From Chrysomallon squamiferum (Eukaryota; Animalia; Mollusca), in the NCBI GenBank assembly GCA_012295275.1, contig CM022674.1, forward strand, positions 14,384,001-14,448,000: DNA of 64,000 nucleotides, read 5' to 3'. Under the pieces are notes generated by a model that saw only the letters and a program-made list of their open reading frames with translations, was not told the origin of the DNA and did not search any database. Within the stretch, counting starts at the first letter, position 1. Every line of letters begins with the position of its first letter. The translations under genes were made by a program, and so were the position numbers. Shown one piece after another: positions 50,711 to 64,000 of this stretch.

Positions 50711-51246
50711 CAACAACAACAATAACAATTTTTTCAGTAGGATAATGTACCTTTAGTACAATTTCTCTGTGTAGTTCCCCACATGGCCCTGTTTCATTTC
50801 CGTTCTCTTTAACGTCGTTGTTGTTGCTGCTGCTGATGGAGTCATTGTAGCTGTCGGATTTCACCATGCAGATGATGCCCATGCTGAAGTTGACGCGGTT
50901 CGCGTAGACCAGCACAAAACCAATAAAACTGATGTAAGCAAGAATCCATCGCTTTGAACAGACACAGGGAACTGTAAAATAACGTCATCAACATCACTGT
51001 CGTACTCGTAGTTGTAGTGTAGTAGTCACATTGATTTATTTCACTGACACAACTAAAATTTCAGTCTGTAAAATCCATTTTTTATATAGATTGAAAAAAT
51101 TTAAATTTTCTTCAACATTTACACAAATATTGTTATTTTATTTTATTTTATTTTATTTATTTATTTACTTATTTAAAACATAATAGTTCTAATTTACCGT
51201 TGCTGTTATCATCAGTGTGTTCAAATGGTCTTGGTTCTGTCTTCAT
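45978..51246 (-). CDS. SLC17 family (sialin-like, MFS anion:cation symporter) transporter, 11 coding exons
   Basis: Exons 51246-51198, 50971-50751 ([31 protein letters not shown]), 50434-50201 (GEFSWD...[19 protein letters not shown]), 49897-49810 ([23 protein letters not shown]), 49305-49210 (GWGSIFY), 48641-48511 ([14 protein letters not shown]), 48192-48043 ([15 protein letters not shown]), 47590-47458, 46977-46827 (VNHVDIAPR), 46589-46499 ([11 protein letters not shown]), 46145-45978 ([15 protein letters not shown]). Phases consistent. Confidence 0.95.
49308..49800. repeat. Degenerate minisatellite (gtaaacatagtaaat/atgtgtaaacaatgactgtg) filling an SLC17 intron
   Basis: Repeats run from donor to acceptor and supply the 3' splice region. 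Confidence 0.8.
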
Positions 51247-51268
51247 GTTTTGGGATCAAGTCAAAACT

Positions 51269-51373
51269 TCACTTTTCAGCTGGATGCCTGTTGTCGTCTG
51301 GTCCTGAGAAACTGAGGTCACGTGTCAAGTTAGTTTTGGGCAGGGCGGTTCCAGTGAAGGCAGTCGTTGACAT
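51269..51373 (-). promoter_or_regulatory. Candidate 34-codon upstream ORF in the SLC17 5' leader
   Basis: ATG 51373 to TGA 51269, ending 22 nt before the predicted main ATG at 51246. Confidence 0.35.
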
Positions 51374-51385
51374 GGACAATCTGGT

Positions 51386-51419
<34 letters not shown>

Positions 51420-51516
51420 ACGTACGTACACAAACACATATGCTCACACATGAACACATACATGTATTTGTATTACTAGAAGTACCACTACTACTACAAC
51501 AACAGCAACAAAGACA

Positions 51517-51567
<51 letters not shown>

Positions 51568-52208
51568 CCAGAAAAAGAAAAAAAATGTATAACAATATAA
51601 AAATAATTAAATTAATAATTAAATTAATCCATCTCTATGTATGTGAGCGTATGTATGTATGTATACAGGTGTGTGTGCGTGTTTGCGTGTTTGTATGTGA
51701 TAATGACAGAATACGAAACAATCTTTGAGACGTTGGGTGGAGCGGGAAATGAAGACTGATAACAGTTTTTCCTACAAACTTCTGAACTAATGTGTTCAAG
51801 TGTATGTGAGTTTTTATGTGCGTATGTATATTTATATGTTTAGATAATACGCTTGTTTAGTATTAAAATCTAAAAAGAACTAAATGTTGTTCGTGATTGC
51901 GGACTCCCCTGAGGCTAAGTCACAAACTGTGGTTGAAATGCAAAGTCTTCTCCGTAAAACGTCCTGCCTATATGCACAGACACTGACTTAGGGTTACATA
52001 CACCTAATCGTTTTCCACTGGTGACGACAATGAGAGACTTTTCTACAAGAAATATATCAAGCTGATACAGTGCTCTCTTTTATTTTTGAAACAGCTGAGA
52101 GTGCCGTGATGTTCAATATTTTATTAACTCGTTCCACGTTTAGAATTATCACGTTTTAATTTTTTGACTTTTACTTGAACCACGTGCAACACCAGCGTTA
52201 ATAATAGC

Positions 52209-52286
<78 letters not shown>

Positions 52287-52519
52287 AATAAATAAATAAA
52301 TAACAGTACAAACATCTAAGAGGCACAAAAGTAATGTATTTTATAAAACTGAATATTTTACAAGATCTGAAATGTACTGTTTAGAAAAGTGTGAATATGG
52401 AGACAGCATGATAGAGAAAAGTGTGTTTATGTGCGTGTCTTCAGTACGATCAAAAATACATGTGTGTTGTAGTTGTTGTATTACGTATACAGACAGACAT
52501 ACAGATCAATAGATTGATA

Positions 52520-52875
52520 TACATACATACATACATATATACATACATATATACATACATACATACATACATACATACATACATACATACATACATACAC
52601 ACATACATACATACATACATACATACATACATACACACACATACATACATACATACATACAAACATACATACATACATACACACATACATACATACACAC
52701 ATACACACATACATACATACACACATACACACATACACACATACATACATACATACACACATACACACATACACACATACATACATACACACATACATAC
52801 ATACATACATACATACATAATTACGTACGTAGGTAGGTAGGTAGATAGATAGAGAGATAGACAGACAGACAGAAG
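52520..52875. repeat. (TACA)n/(CA)n compound microsatellite
   Basis: Direct inspection. Confidence 0.95.
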
Positions 52876-52929
52876 ACACTTAAATTATCACTTCAAATCA
52901 TTCAGTATGAGTGTGACTTAACACGTCAG

Positions 52930-56253
<3,324 letters not shown>

Positions 56254-56604
56254 TTCTAAACCACTTGATTCACTGACTAAAATCAAGCGACCACTGGTCA
56301 GTTATTTCGAGTAGAACAACAACAAGGATCAAACATCACTGGGGCAGGAAGACAGATAATACGACTGTACACATTTTCCTTTTACGCTAAGACAATCAGT
56401 ACCAGTAAACCGGGTTAAATACGTATGTGGGGTGGATATCCTATTGTTATTCGTTCTTTCTTATCTTCTTCACTCTGTGTTTCTGTTTGATTGTTTAATA
56501 TAAATTGTATCAAACTCAGAATCACTCGTCAGTTTAATCTACTTATATTATCTTCTGTCAAGCTCATTATTTCTACCTTTTAGTTTTCTTTCTGTTTTTC
56601 CTTT

Positions 56605-56688
<84 letters not shown>

Positions 56689-56768
56689 TCTTTTTCTTTT
56701 CTCTCTCGTTTTCTTTTCTGAAATTCTTTTTCTAAATTTTTTCTACATCTAATATACCTACCCATCTG

Positions 56769-56811
<43 letters not shown>

Positions 56812-57206
56812 GCCTGTCTTGTTCTTTTCTTTCAGATTCAAACTTAAAATTAATAACCAGAAGGTTAAATTATAAAGGATATCTTCCAAAGAGTCAAAAG
56901 TTTACACAGTTGAATCTCACCTGCATCATCAACAATTCTTTACTCGGTGTTCTACATATTTTCTATCAGCTAGGTGTCTGAGTGCGCCATTAAAAACTGA
57001 CCACTGGTCATCCCACTGCTACCGCCACTTGATCTCTGCCATTTACAATTCATAAATGTGCATCCGTCGTTTAGCGTCGCCATTTCGAGACCGAACACCA
57101 TGGCAACCAAATATTTTAAAAGCTGTGTCGATTTCAAATGTAGCTGAATGAATGTTATTGCTTTGAGTTAATGAGTAATAACAGTTCATTTGTGTGGTTT
57201 AGTTCG

Positions 57207-57214
57207 TATAAATA
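57207..57214 (+). promoter_or_regulatory. TATA box of the Gly/Tyr-rich protein gene
   Basis: TATAAATA ~80 nt upstream of the ATG at 57287. Confidence 0.6.
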
Positions 57215-57286
57215 TGAGACAGGAAACTTCATTTATTTATCTTCATTTCTGTCTTCGTTCTTCAGCTGTCAGACATCTTGAAAATC

Positions 57287-57339
57287 ATGAACGTGAGTAT
57301 TAACATTTGTCTTTGAAAACGTAATATTAAACACACACA

Positions 57340-57405
<66 letters not shown>

Positions 57406-57418
57406 TTGAGCTAAAACA

Positions 57419-57475
<57 letters not shown>

Positions 57476-57749
57476 TCAGACAATTGTTTCAATCGTTCTT
57501 GTGGCTCTGCTGTGTTGCTCCGCCTTCGCTTCTAATTATGGTTACCAAGGTTACGGACACGGTCTTGGAAACGGTTACTATGGACACCCTGGCTACCAAG
57601 GTTACGGACAAAACGCTCACCCAGTTTATGGTTACAACAGTCACCCAGTTTATGGATATAACAGTCACCCCGTTTACGGATACAACGCATACCCAAGATA
57701 CTACAACGGCGGACACCCCGGATACGGATACGGCAAAGGTAGATCTAAA

Positions 57750-57798
<49 letters not shown>

Positions 57799-57885
57799 AA
57801 ATAACAAAAATAAATAAATAAATCTTTTAAAAAATTATAAAGTACAAAAACCCGCAAAAGTATGCGAAATTCTAAATAATAATAA

Positions 57886-57926
<41 letters not shown>

Positions 57927-58229
57927 TGATGATGATGACGATGATGATGATGATGACAATGATGATGAAATAACTAGTATTATTATAGTAAATGTAATAA
58001 ATAACGAAAGGGAAAGTGTTAGAAATAGACTGGTTATCGATGTTCTAAACGTTGATACATCATTTATCCATTCAAACAAATGAGAAATATTATAATATTA
58101 GTAACATAGTAAATATCCTACTTTTAATGTGACATTTATTTATTTATTGCAGTTTACGGATACCGTGGTTTGAACTCGGGTCTTGGATTCAGAAACGGTC
58201 TTGGTCATGGTTACGGATACGGACATTAA
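57287..58229 (+). CDS. Small secreted Gly/Tyr/His/Asn-rich structural protein (~113 aa), shematrin/prisilkin-like in composition
   Basis: Exons 57287-57292 (ATG AAC|gtgagt), 57480-57738, 58153-58229. Protein MNTIVSIVLVALLCCSAFA-SNYGYQGYGHGLGNGYYGHPGYQGYGQNA(HPVYGYNS/A)x3 YPRYYNGGHPGYGYGKVYGYRGLNSGLGFRNGLGHGYGYGH*. Signal peptide and AATAAA at/after the stop. Confidence 0.88.
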
Positions 58230-59019
58230 TAAACTTGATGACGTCATAGTTATTCTAGTCAGAGAAAACCGTAGTTATGCTTGTAAATGTGTCGAAATAG
58301 AAAACAATAAAATTGTTTTATATATATTCTGTTTGACTGTTCTGTTCATTATTATTAGTAGTAGTAGTAGTAGCAGCAGCAATAGTAATAGTAGTAAGAG
58401 TAGTAGTAGTAATAGTATAAATAATACTAGTAGTACAAGTAGTAGTAGCAGCAGCAGCCACGCTAGCAGTAGTACTACTAGTAGTAGTAGTAGTAGTAAT
58501 AATAGTCGAAAGCATGCATGTATAAATTATTTTTTTTTTTTTTTTTTTTCTTTAAATTGAATGTTTAAAGTGTTGTGTCGCAAACATTGTGTGCCATGCA
58601 GGTTTCTACTTCAAACTTATCTGACAGCAGAAATACTATATTTAGGCTTTTCTTCTTCATTACTACTTACATCGTCATCGTCATCTTCTTCCTTTTCTTC
58701 TTCTTCTTGTTCTTCATCATCATCATCTTCTTCTTCTTCTTTAATGCAAAAACAAGATAATGAAATTGCTCTTAGGACGTAAACAATGCTACTCCGTTGC
58801 TAGGAAAGATAATTCCGATTATAACAACTGCCTGCATCAGCCTGTGTAAATTGTTAGATATGATTTTATATAAAACAGCAGAAGAACATATGTCAAAGGT
58901 GTCGCATCGTTTTCTTTTTTACATTTTACATTGCCTTCTGCAGAATTTATAATGACTGGTTACATCGCCCGAATACCGGTAAATATATTTTTGCAATTTT
59001 TAATTTATTGTTTTTAATT

Positions 59020-59066
<47 letters not shown>

Positions 59067-59249
59067 TTTGCTGAGCATAAGTCATGGCCGTAATTACATT
59101 GAGGCAAATGCCTCATACCGAAATTGACGATTTTTTATTTATTTATTTATTATTTTTATTTTTTTATACAAAGATTGTTTTGCCCAGCTCCGCTCGGCAA
59201 TTATAGTCCGGTTGCCAAACCCCAGATTTTTGGAGAACCTTGCAATACA

Positions 59250-59620
59250 GTCCGTACAAAGTTTTTTTGCTAATTCTATACCTCCGAGATGTGCTCTTTA
59301 AGAATCTGAATGATGCCACTCTGTCATCCTTGGGCAATCCGCACAATATGCAAATTAAGACAACAAATTGGTGTCTATCCCCATGTTTTGAGGGGTAAAG
59401 GTTCAGATTAAGCCATTTCAGTCAAGATCACACCAATATTTTGTGCTGAATAGGCATATTAAGACCGCCATTACTGAAAATTTTGTTTTCGTCAATATCT
59501 CAGTAATTACACATGGTATCAAAATAATTTTGGCGTCTATGCACATGTTTTAGGGGTAAAGAATCAGATTAAACCGTTACAGTATTGATCACACCAATAT
59601 TTTCTGCAAAATATGCAAAT
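59250..59620 (+). repeat. Left inverted-repeat arm, with internal ~163-bp tandem subrepeats
   Basis: gtccgtacaaagtttt...gatgccactctgtcatccttgggcaatccgcacaatatgcaaattaag...ttttctgcaaaatatgcaaa is the reverse complement of the right arm. Confidence 0.9.
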
Positions 59621-59747
59621 ACGGACCGCCATTATTGATAATATCAGTAATAGCGGCCTGGTAAAAGCAGGCACTTCTCTGTTACTGAAGCGCCTGGTTC
59701 TGCCAGAGTGGCTCACATATATCTTCTCTTCCAGGTAGAGCTGAAAG

Positions 59748-62191
59748 ATGGAAGTGTGCTGCATCTTTTGTAAAGAAGATGGAAGCAAGAAGGAACTTAG
59801 GGTCGCAGGGACTGACAGGATACAGACTATCATTGAATCAAGTGAACGGAGATTTGATGATCTCCATGAGGATCTTGAAACTAGGCTGTTGGCAGACAAA
59901 GATTTAGAGGTGCTTTGTCATAGAGATTGTGTATCCACATATACATCCAAATCTCACATCAAGAGACACTTGAATAAACTGAGCGCATCAAAAGGTTCTG
60001 AAGAGTCATCTGCAGGAAAACGTCTGCGTCGGTCCGGATCGACAACCTTCAACTTCAGGCAACTTTGCCTTTTCTGCGGTGAGGAATGCCTTGACATTGA
60101 TCCTAAGCATCCGTATCGTTGGCGTAGGGTTGTTCTTTGTAGGACAGCGGACCGTGGTGAGGGGAGAAAGACTTTAAAGGAAACCCTTCTAGATGTCTGT
60201 AGATCTCGTCACGACGACTGGGGACGCGAGGTGCAGACACGTTTGGCTGGGGCAGTGAGTGATCTGCATGCAGCAAATGGTAGATACCACACAGACTGTT
60301 ACAAGAAGTTTTGTTCATCTCGCTCAGTGAAGTCAGCTTCAGCAGCATCTAGTAGTAGCCAAGAGGAGGTGGATATGGCTTTTGAAACGACAGTCAGTGC
60401 AGTGAGAGCAGAATCATCGCGAGTGTGGAATTCCATCGAATTATACGACCTATACCAGTCCAATGGTGGAAGAGACATTAGCCGCCGAACCTTAGTCTCC
60501 AAGTTGTTACAATACTTTGGTTCGGATCTTCTTGTGCTGAGAAGCACAGGTGTTGCTAGTCTGCTCCTGTTTCGAAGTAAAGCATCCAGTTTGTTGAGAC
60601 TAGTGCCGAGCAGTGATGAAGATGATGTTGAGATTGGACTGGAAAAGGTTGCTCACCAGATTGTCTGTGATGTAAAGGAATCATTAGTTGAAGACAAGAA
60701 CTATCATGCCAGAGTTGATATGGACATTGCCCTTGACTGTGTCAGTTCCACTTTGTTATCCTTGCTATCAAAGCTTTCTACAAAGTTGGACCACATCTTA
60801 CCAGCCGCTCTCATCGGAAACATTGTTACTAATGCCATAAGTGGTAGATTCACAACCCTTCAGATTGCGCTCGGTGTTGTCTTAAACAGGAAAGGGTTGA
60901 TTGAACAATTTTATTACTGGCCTAATCAAGGAACTGTGGCAGATTTTGTCAACGGCATCACGAGGAATGTGATGAAAAGGGTGGCAAGCCAGGACACAAA
61001 CCTGATCTTTGATCGCTACTTCGACTTCAGCATTAAAAGTGAACGCGGGCAGCTCGAGCTGGTGACGAAGCGAGCCGACGACACAAACTGCAGTTACATA
61101 CTCCACTGCCACCCCAGAACGTTGTCCTTACAGTAACTGAGAATAAGGTACAGGTCATAGATCTGATATGCCAGAATTTGATCCAGAAAGCACAGAACGA
61201 GCCGAATGAACACAGTCTGGTCATAACCTCTACTGACTCTGTACCAGTTGTAATTCAGGATGGCATTGTCTTCCGTAGGGAAAATCTCATGACTTGCCAT
61301 GAAGAAGCGGATGTAATAATCATACAGCAGATGGTTAAGGCAGCTGAAAGTGGCGTGAAAAGAATCAACATCGTATGTGAGGACACAGACGTTTGTGTCC
61401 TCCTGCTGCACTTTTACGCAAAGTTGAACCTGACCTGTCGTCTTACAATGGAAGGACGAAGTGCTGAACGAACTACTATAGACATTGGGGCAACTGCAAG
61501 TGAACATGGACACTTGCTTTCACAACTGCCAGCCGCCCATGCCCTCTCAGGCTGTGACACTGTGGCTCAGTGCTTCGGTGTAGGAAAAAGTACCGTCATC
61601 AAAGTCCTTAAGAGTGGTGTAGAACTGCTCAAATTGGGCGTATTATCTGAGGACATAGGTGACATCATTGAAGAAGCGACAACATTCATGGCTGCCTGCT
61701 ACGGGGTCAAAAGCTTGGTGACATCGAACATGTCTGAGGTCCGTGGAGAAGTCTGGTCGCGAAGGATGGGTAGAAAACATATGTCAAAGGCTCCAGAGCT
61801 TAAGTCACTTCCACCTTCTAAAGAGGCATTCGAAGAGAACGTAAAGCGGGCGCACATTCAGACTGCCATTTGGAAATCAGCTCTCAACTCAGAACCTCCA
61901 GCATTAGATCCTGTCGAGTTCGGATGGGAACATGACGAACGCAATAGATGCTTGATCCCAGTAACATTGCAACCAAACATTAGTGTTGCTCCACCGGAGA
62001 TGCTGGAAATGATAAGGTGTGGTTGTGCTACGGATGTACCCTGTTCGACTGCAATGTGTGGATGCTATAAAGCTCACTTGCCATGTACAATGTTTTGTGG
62101 ATGTCACGGAGAAGCACACTGCCGGAATGAGCATCCCCGACGGGTTGATGACTGTGACAATGTTGTTGAAAGTGACTTGTTTGAGGACTGA
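59748..62191 (+). pseudogene. Element-encoded protein (ORFs 59748-61136 and 61178-62191 joined by a frameshift near 61040): N-terminal Cys/His motifs, C-terminal FEN1/XPG-like nuclease motifs, Tesmin-like CXC domain
   Basis: CIFC...HRDC, CLFC...YHTDC; FDRY; HEEAD, DTDV, SGCDT, GVGK (XPG/FEN1-type acidic and H3TH motifs); CGC..CST..CGC...PCTMFCGC. The alternative frame from ~61042 (TRAARAG...ENKVQVIDLICQNLIQKA) runs directly into ORF2. Confidence 0.8.
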
Positions 62192-62272
62192 GTCAAATCA
62201 GTAATGGCAACATGCATCAGCATAAGTAAAGGGGATGTTCTGTAACGACTCGGATATGCACTGAAGTTGATT

Positions 62273-62593
62273 TTTGCATATTTTGCAGAAAATATTGGTG
62301 TGATCAATACTGTAATGGTTTAATCTGATTCTTTACCCCTAAAAACATGTGTATAGACCCAAAATTATTTTGATACCATGTGTAGTTACTGAGATATTGA
62401 CGAAAACGAGATTTTCAGTAATGGCAGCCTTAATATGCCTATTCAGAACAAAATATTGGTATGATCTTGACTGAAATGGCGGCCTTAATTTGCATATTGT
62501 GCGGATTGCCCAAGGATGACAGAGTGGCATCATTCAGATTCTTAAAGAGCACATCTCGGAGGTATAGAAACAGCAACAAAACTTTGTACGGAC
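62273..62593 (-). repeat. Right inverted-repeat arm
   Basis: Reverse-complement match to the left arm; mirror ORFs 59164-59346(-) and 62461-62664(+) share CGLPKDDRVASFRFLKSTSRRYR. Confidence 0.9.
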
Positions 62594-63130
62594 CGCAATG
62601 CACGCTTATCAGTCCCTGCCACCGGACTATTACGTGTTTTTGCCTCATTTCAAAAGGAGTCTAGTTACGGACATAGAAGTGTTTTAAATTAATACCTTTT
62701 TATCATGCTGCATCTTATAACTGTTTTGTTTCTTATATGTTCAGTATGGACTGAAAATTGTTATTTGTTCAATGTAAATAATATTTTAACCTTTCAAGAA
62801 CACCGCACACAAGAACCATCCAGATTTTTTCTACTGCACCTATATACACTCACTATTCAACATTATAATTATGTTATAATTATATCAAAGACGGAATGAA
62901 GGGAATTAAAAACTTTTAATTTAAAAAAAGAAATAATGCTTACACCGAAGAGCTGAAACAAAATAAAGACCTAAGATTTTATCTTATTTGCTTGCCGATA
63001 AAGGCGAATTAGGAAAATAATCACTACAAGTCCACATTTTGCTGAGTAATTGTCGTGCAGAATCCCTGTTCAGTAATAACACGAATACTTCCGAATAAAT
63101 TGACAACTAAACATCGGTTAGTTCCGTATA

Positions 63131-63168
63131 TTTTGGCGCGAAATCCGGTGTCATCATAAGGCGCCAAA
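63131..63168 (+). promoter_or_regulatory. E2F binding sites upstream of the PCLAF-like gene
   Basis: TTTTGGCGCGAAAT (63131-63144, overlapping inverted E2F sites of DHFR type) and GGCGCCAAA (63160-63168). Confidence 0.75.
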
Positions 63169-63196
63169 TGTGTAGAGAGTTTATCAGTAGCAGAAG

Positions 63197-63239
63197 ATGG
63201 TTCGTACGAAAGCAGATGGGTGCGCGGCAGCTAGGAAAG
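63197..63239 (+). CDS. PCLAF: PCNA clamp-associated factor (PAF15/KIAA0101)-like, exon 1 only
   Basis: ATG GTT CGT ACG AAA GCA GAT...AGG AAA G|gtaaac = MVRTKADGCAAARK, matching the PCLAF N-terminus MVRTKAD...RK, with a phase-1 donor and E2F sites upstream. No further exon recognised in the window. Confidence 0.75.
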
Positions 63240-64000
63240 GTAAACTAAAATGAATAAATTCATTTAGTATTTAGATTAAGATTTAATGAAATACTTGAGG
63301 AAAATGTGTCCGAACGAAGGGAGTGATGTTTGCCGTAACTGTCTTGCGGATGGATCATGATACTGATAGTGATAATGATATGATGATTAGATATGCATTG
63401 ATAAGGATCAAGATGATGAAAGATGGTTAGTAGGAAGACGCTGTCAGTTGACGATTGTTTGAAATATTAAATTAATTAAAATATTTTTAAAAATTTTCTT
63501 TTTAATTCCAGTGATATTTTAATGTAAGGACTTGTTTGTTTAGGCGTTTTGTTTAAATGTTTGATTACACATTAACTTGAACAATAACAATTTAACATAC
63601 ATCTACGATTGTTCAGTCTGAAATTAATATTGATGATACATGAAGTTATGGTAATTTTACTTTTTTTATTTTTTATTTTTTTTTTGTAATTAGGACTCAG
63701 TCTACAATTTTGTAGTAATGTACTTGTAACACTACTTCAAATAGGGAAAGTACAGTTCAGTGGTAGTTCTGATTTATACTTCAGATGTTATTAATAACAT
63801 TTACAAGCTTAAAAATTTTAGAAATAATTATTTTAAGTCACTAGATGATTAAATATATCATGTTGCATTCATTTATTAAACCTTTTTTTAATTTTTTTTT
63901 AATTTTTTTTTTTTCCCCAATAATCATATAATGGTATACAAATCACTGCCTTCATAAAAATACATTCCAGCAGAAGGTGCCCTCATAACATGAGCATCCT

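Larger units (their letters stand above)
59083..62675 (+). mobile_element. Long-TIR DNA transposon-like element, internally deleted and frameshifted; superfamily not assigned
   Basis: Inverted repeats ~59250-59620 and ~62273-62593, with more diverged outer extensions (catggccgtaatta / tagttacggacata), enclosing an intronless, GC-richer coding region. No convincing TSD seen; outer ends approximate. Confidence 0.85.

Noticed and set aside
59164-62664. Two short mirror ORFs sharing CGLPKDDRVASFRFLKSTSRRYR
   Set aside because: A by-product of the inverted repeats, with no independent coding evidence.
59070-62685. hAT-type 8-bp TSD or CACTA termini for the TIR element
   Set aside because: The flanks (gcataagt versus gaagtgtt) do not match and no CACT end is visible, so the superfamily is left unassigned.
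63961-64000. ttccag acceptor as PCLAF exon 2
   Set aside because: The phase-1 reading gives AEGALIT* rather than the expected VAARAPRK-like sequence.

Overview
AT-rich, microsatellite-dense animal genomic DNA with spliceosomal introns, probably a mollusc (inferred from gene and repeat style, not proven). Exons were called by eye from GT/AG boundaries, phase and translation; no database searches were run. In order: 3' half of enolase (+); complete 8-exon spermidine synthase (+); a head-to-head pair of 18-exon Mind bomb (MIB2)-like E3 ligase paralogues separated by a ~5.6 kb CA-rich satellite and a Tigger/pogo relic; an SLC17/sialin-like transporter (-); a type I membrane C-type lectin with a mucin stalk (-), head-to-head with a small secreted Gly/Tyr/His-rich protein (+); an internally deleted long-TIR DNA element encoding a FEN1/XPG-like nuclease plus CXC domain; and exon 1 of a PCLAF/PAF15-like gene behind E2F sites. 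Main findings: (1) both Mind bomb-like paralogues end in a small CaaX exon (CVIQ*; CIVQ* one base out of frame in copy A) and carry complementary lesions. (2) The lectin stalk has a 30-nt repeat read in two frames between compensating indels (+5/+16), without which the TM anchor would be lost. (3) The lectin long loop carries a furin-like site and an inserted helix. (4) The XPG/CXC long-TIR element could not be assigned to a family. (5) Several intronic tandem arrays are built from, or abut, splice junctions. Most ORF-track entries are repeat artefacts.
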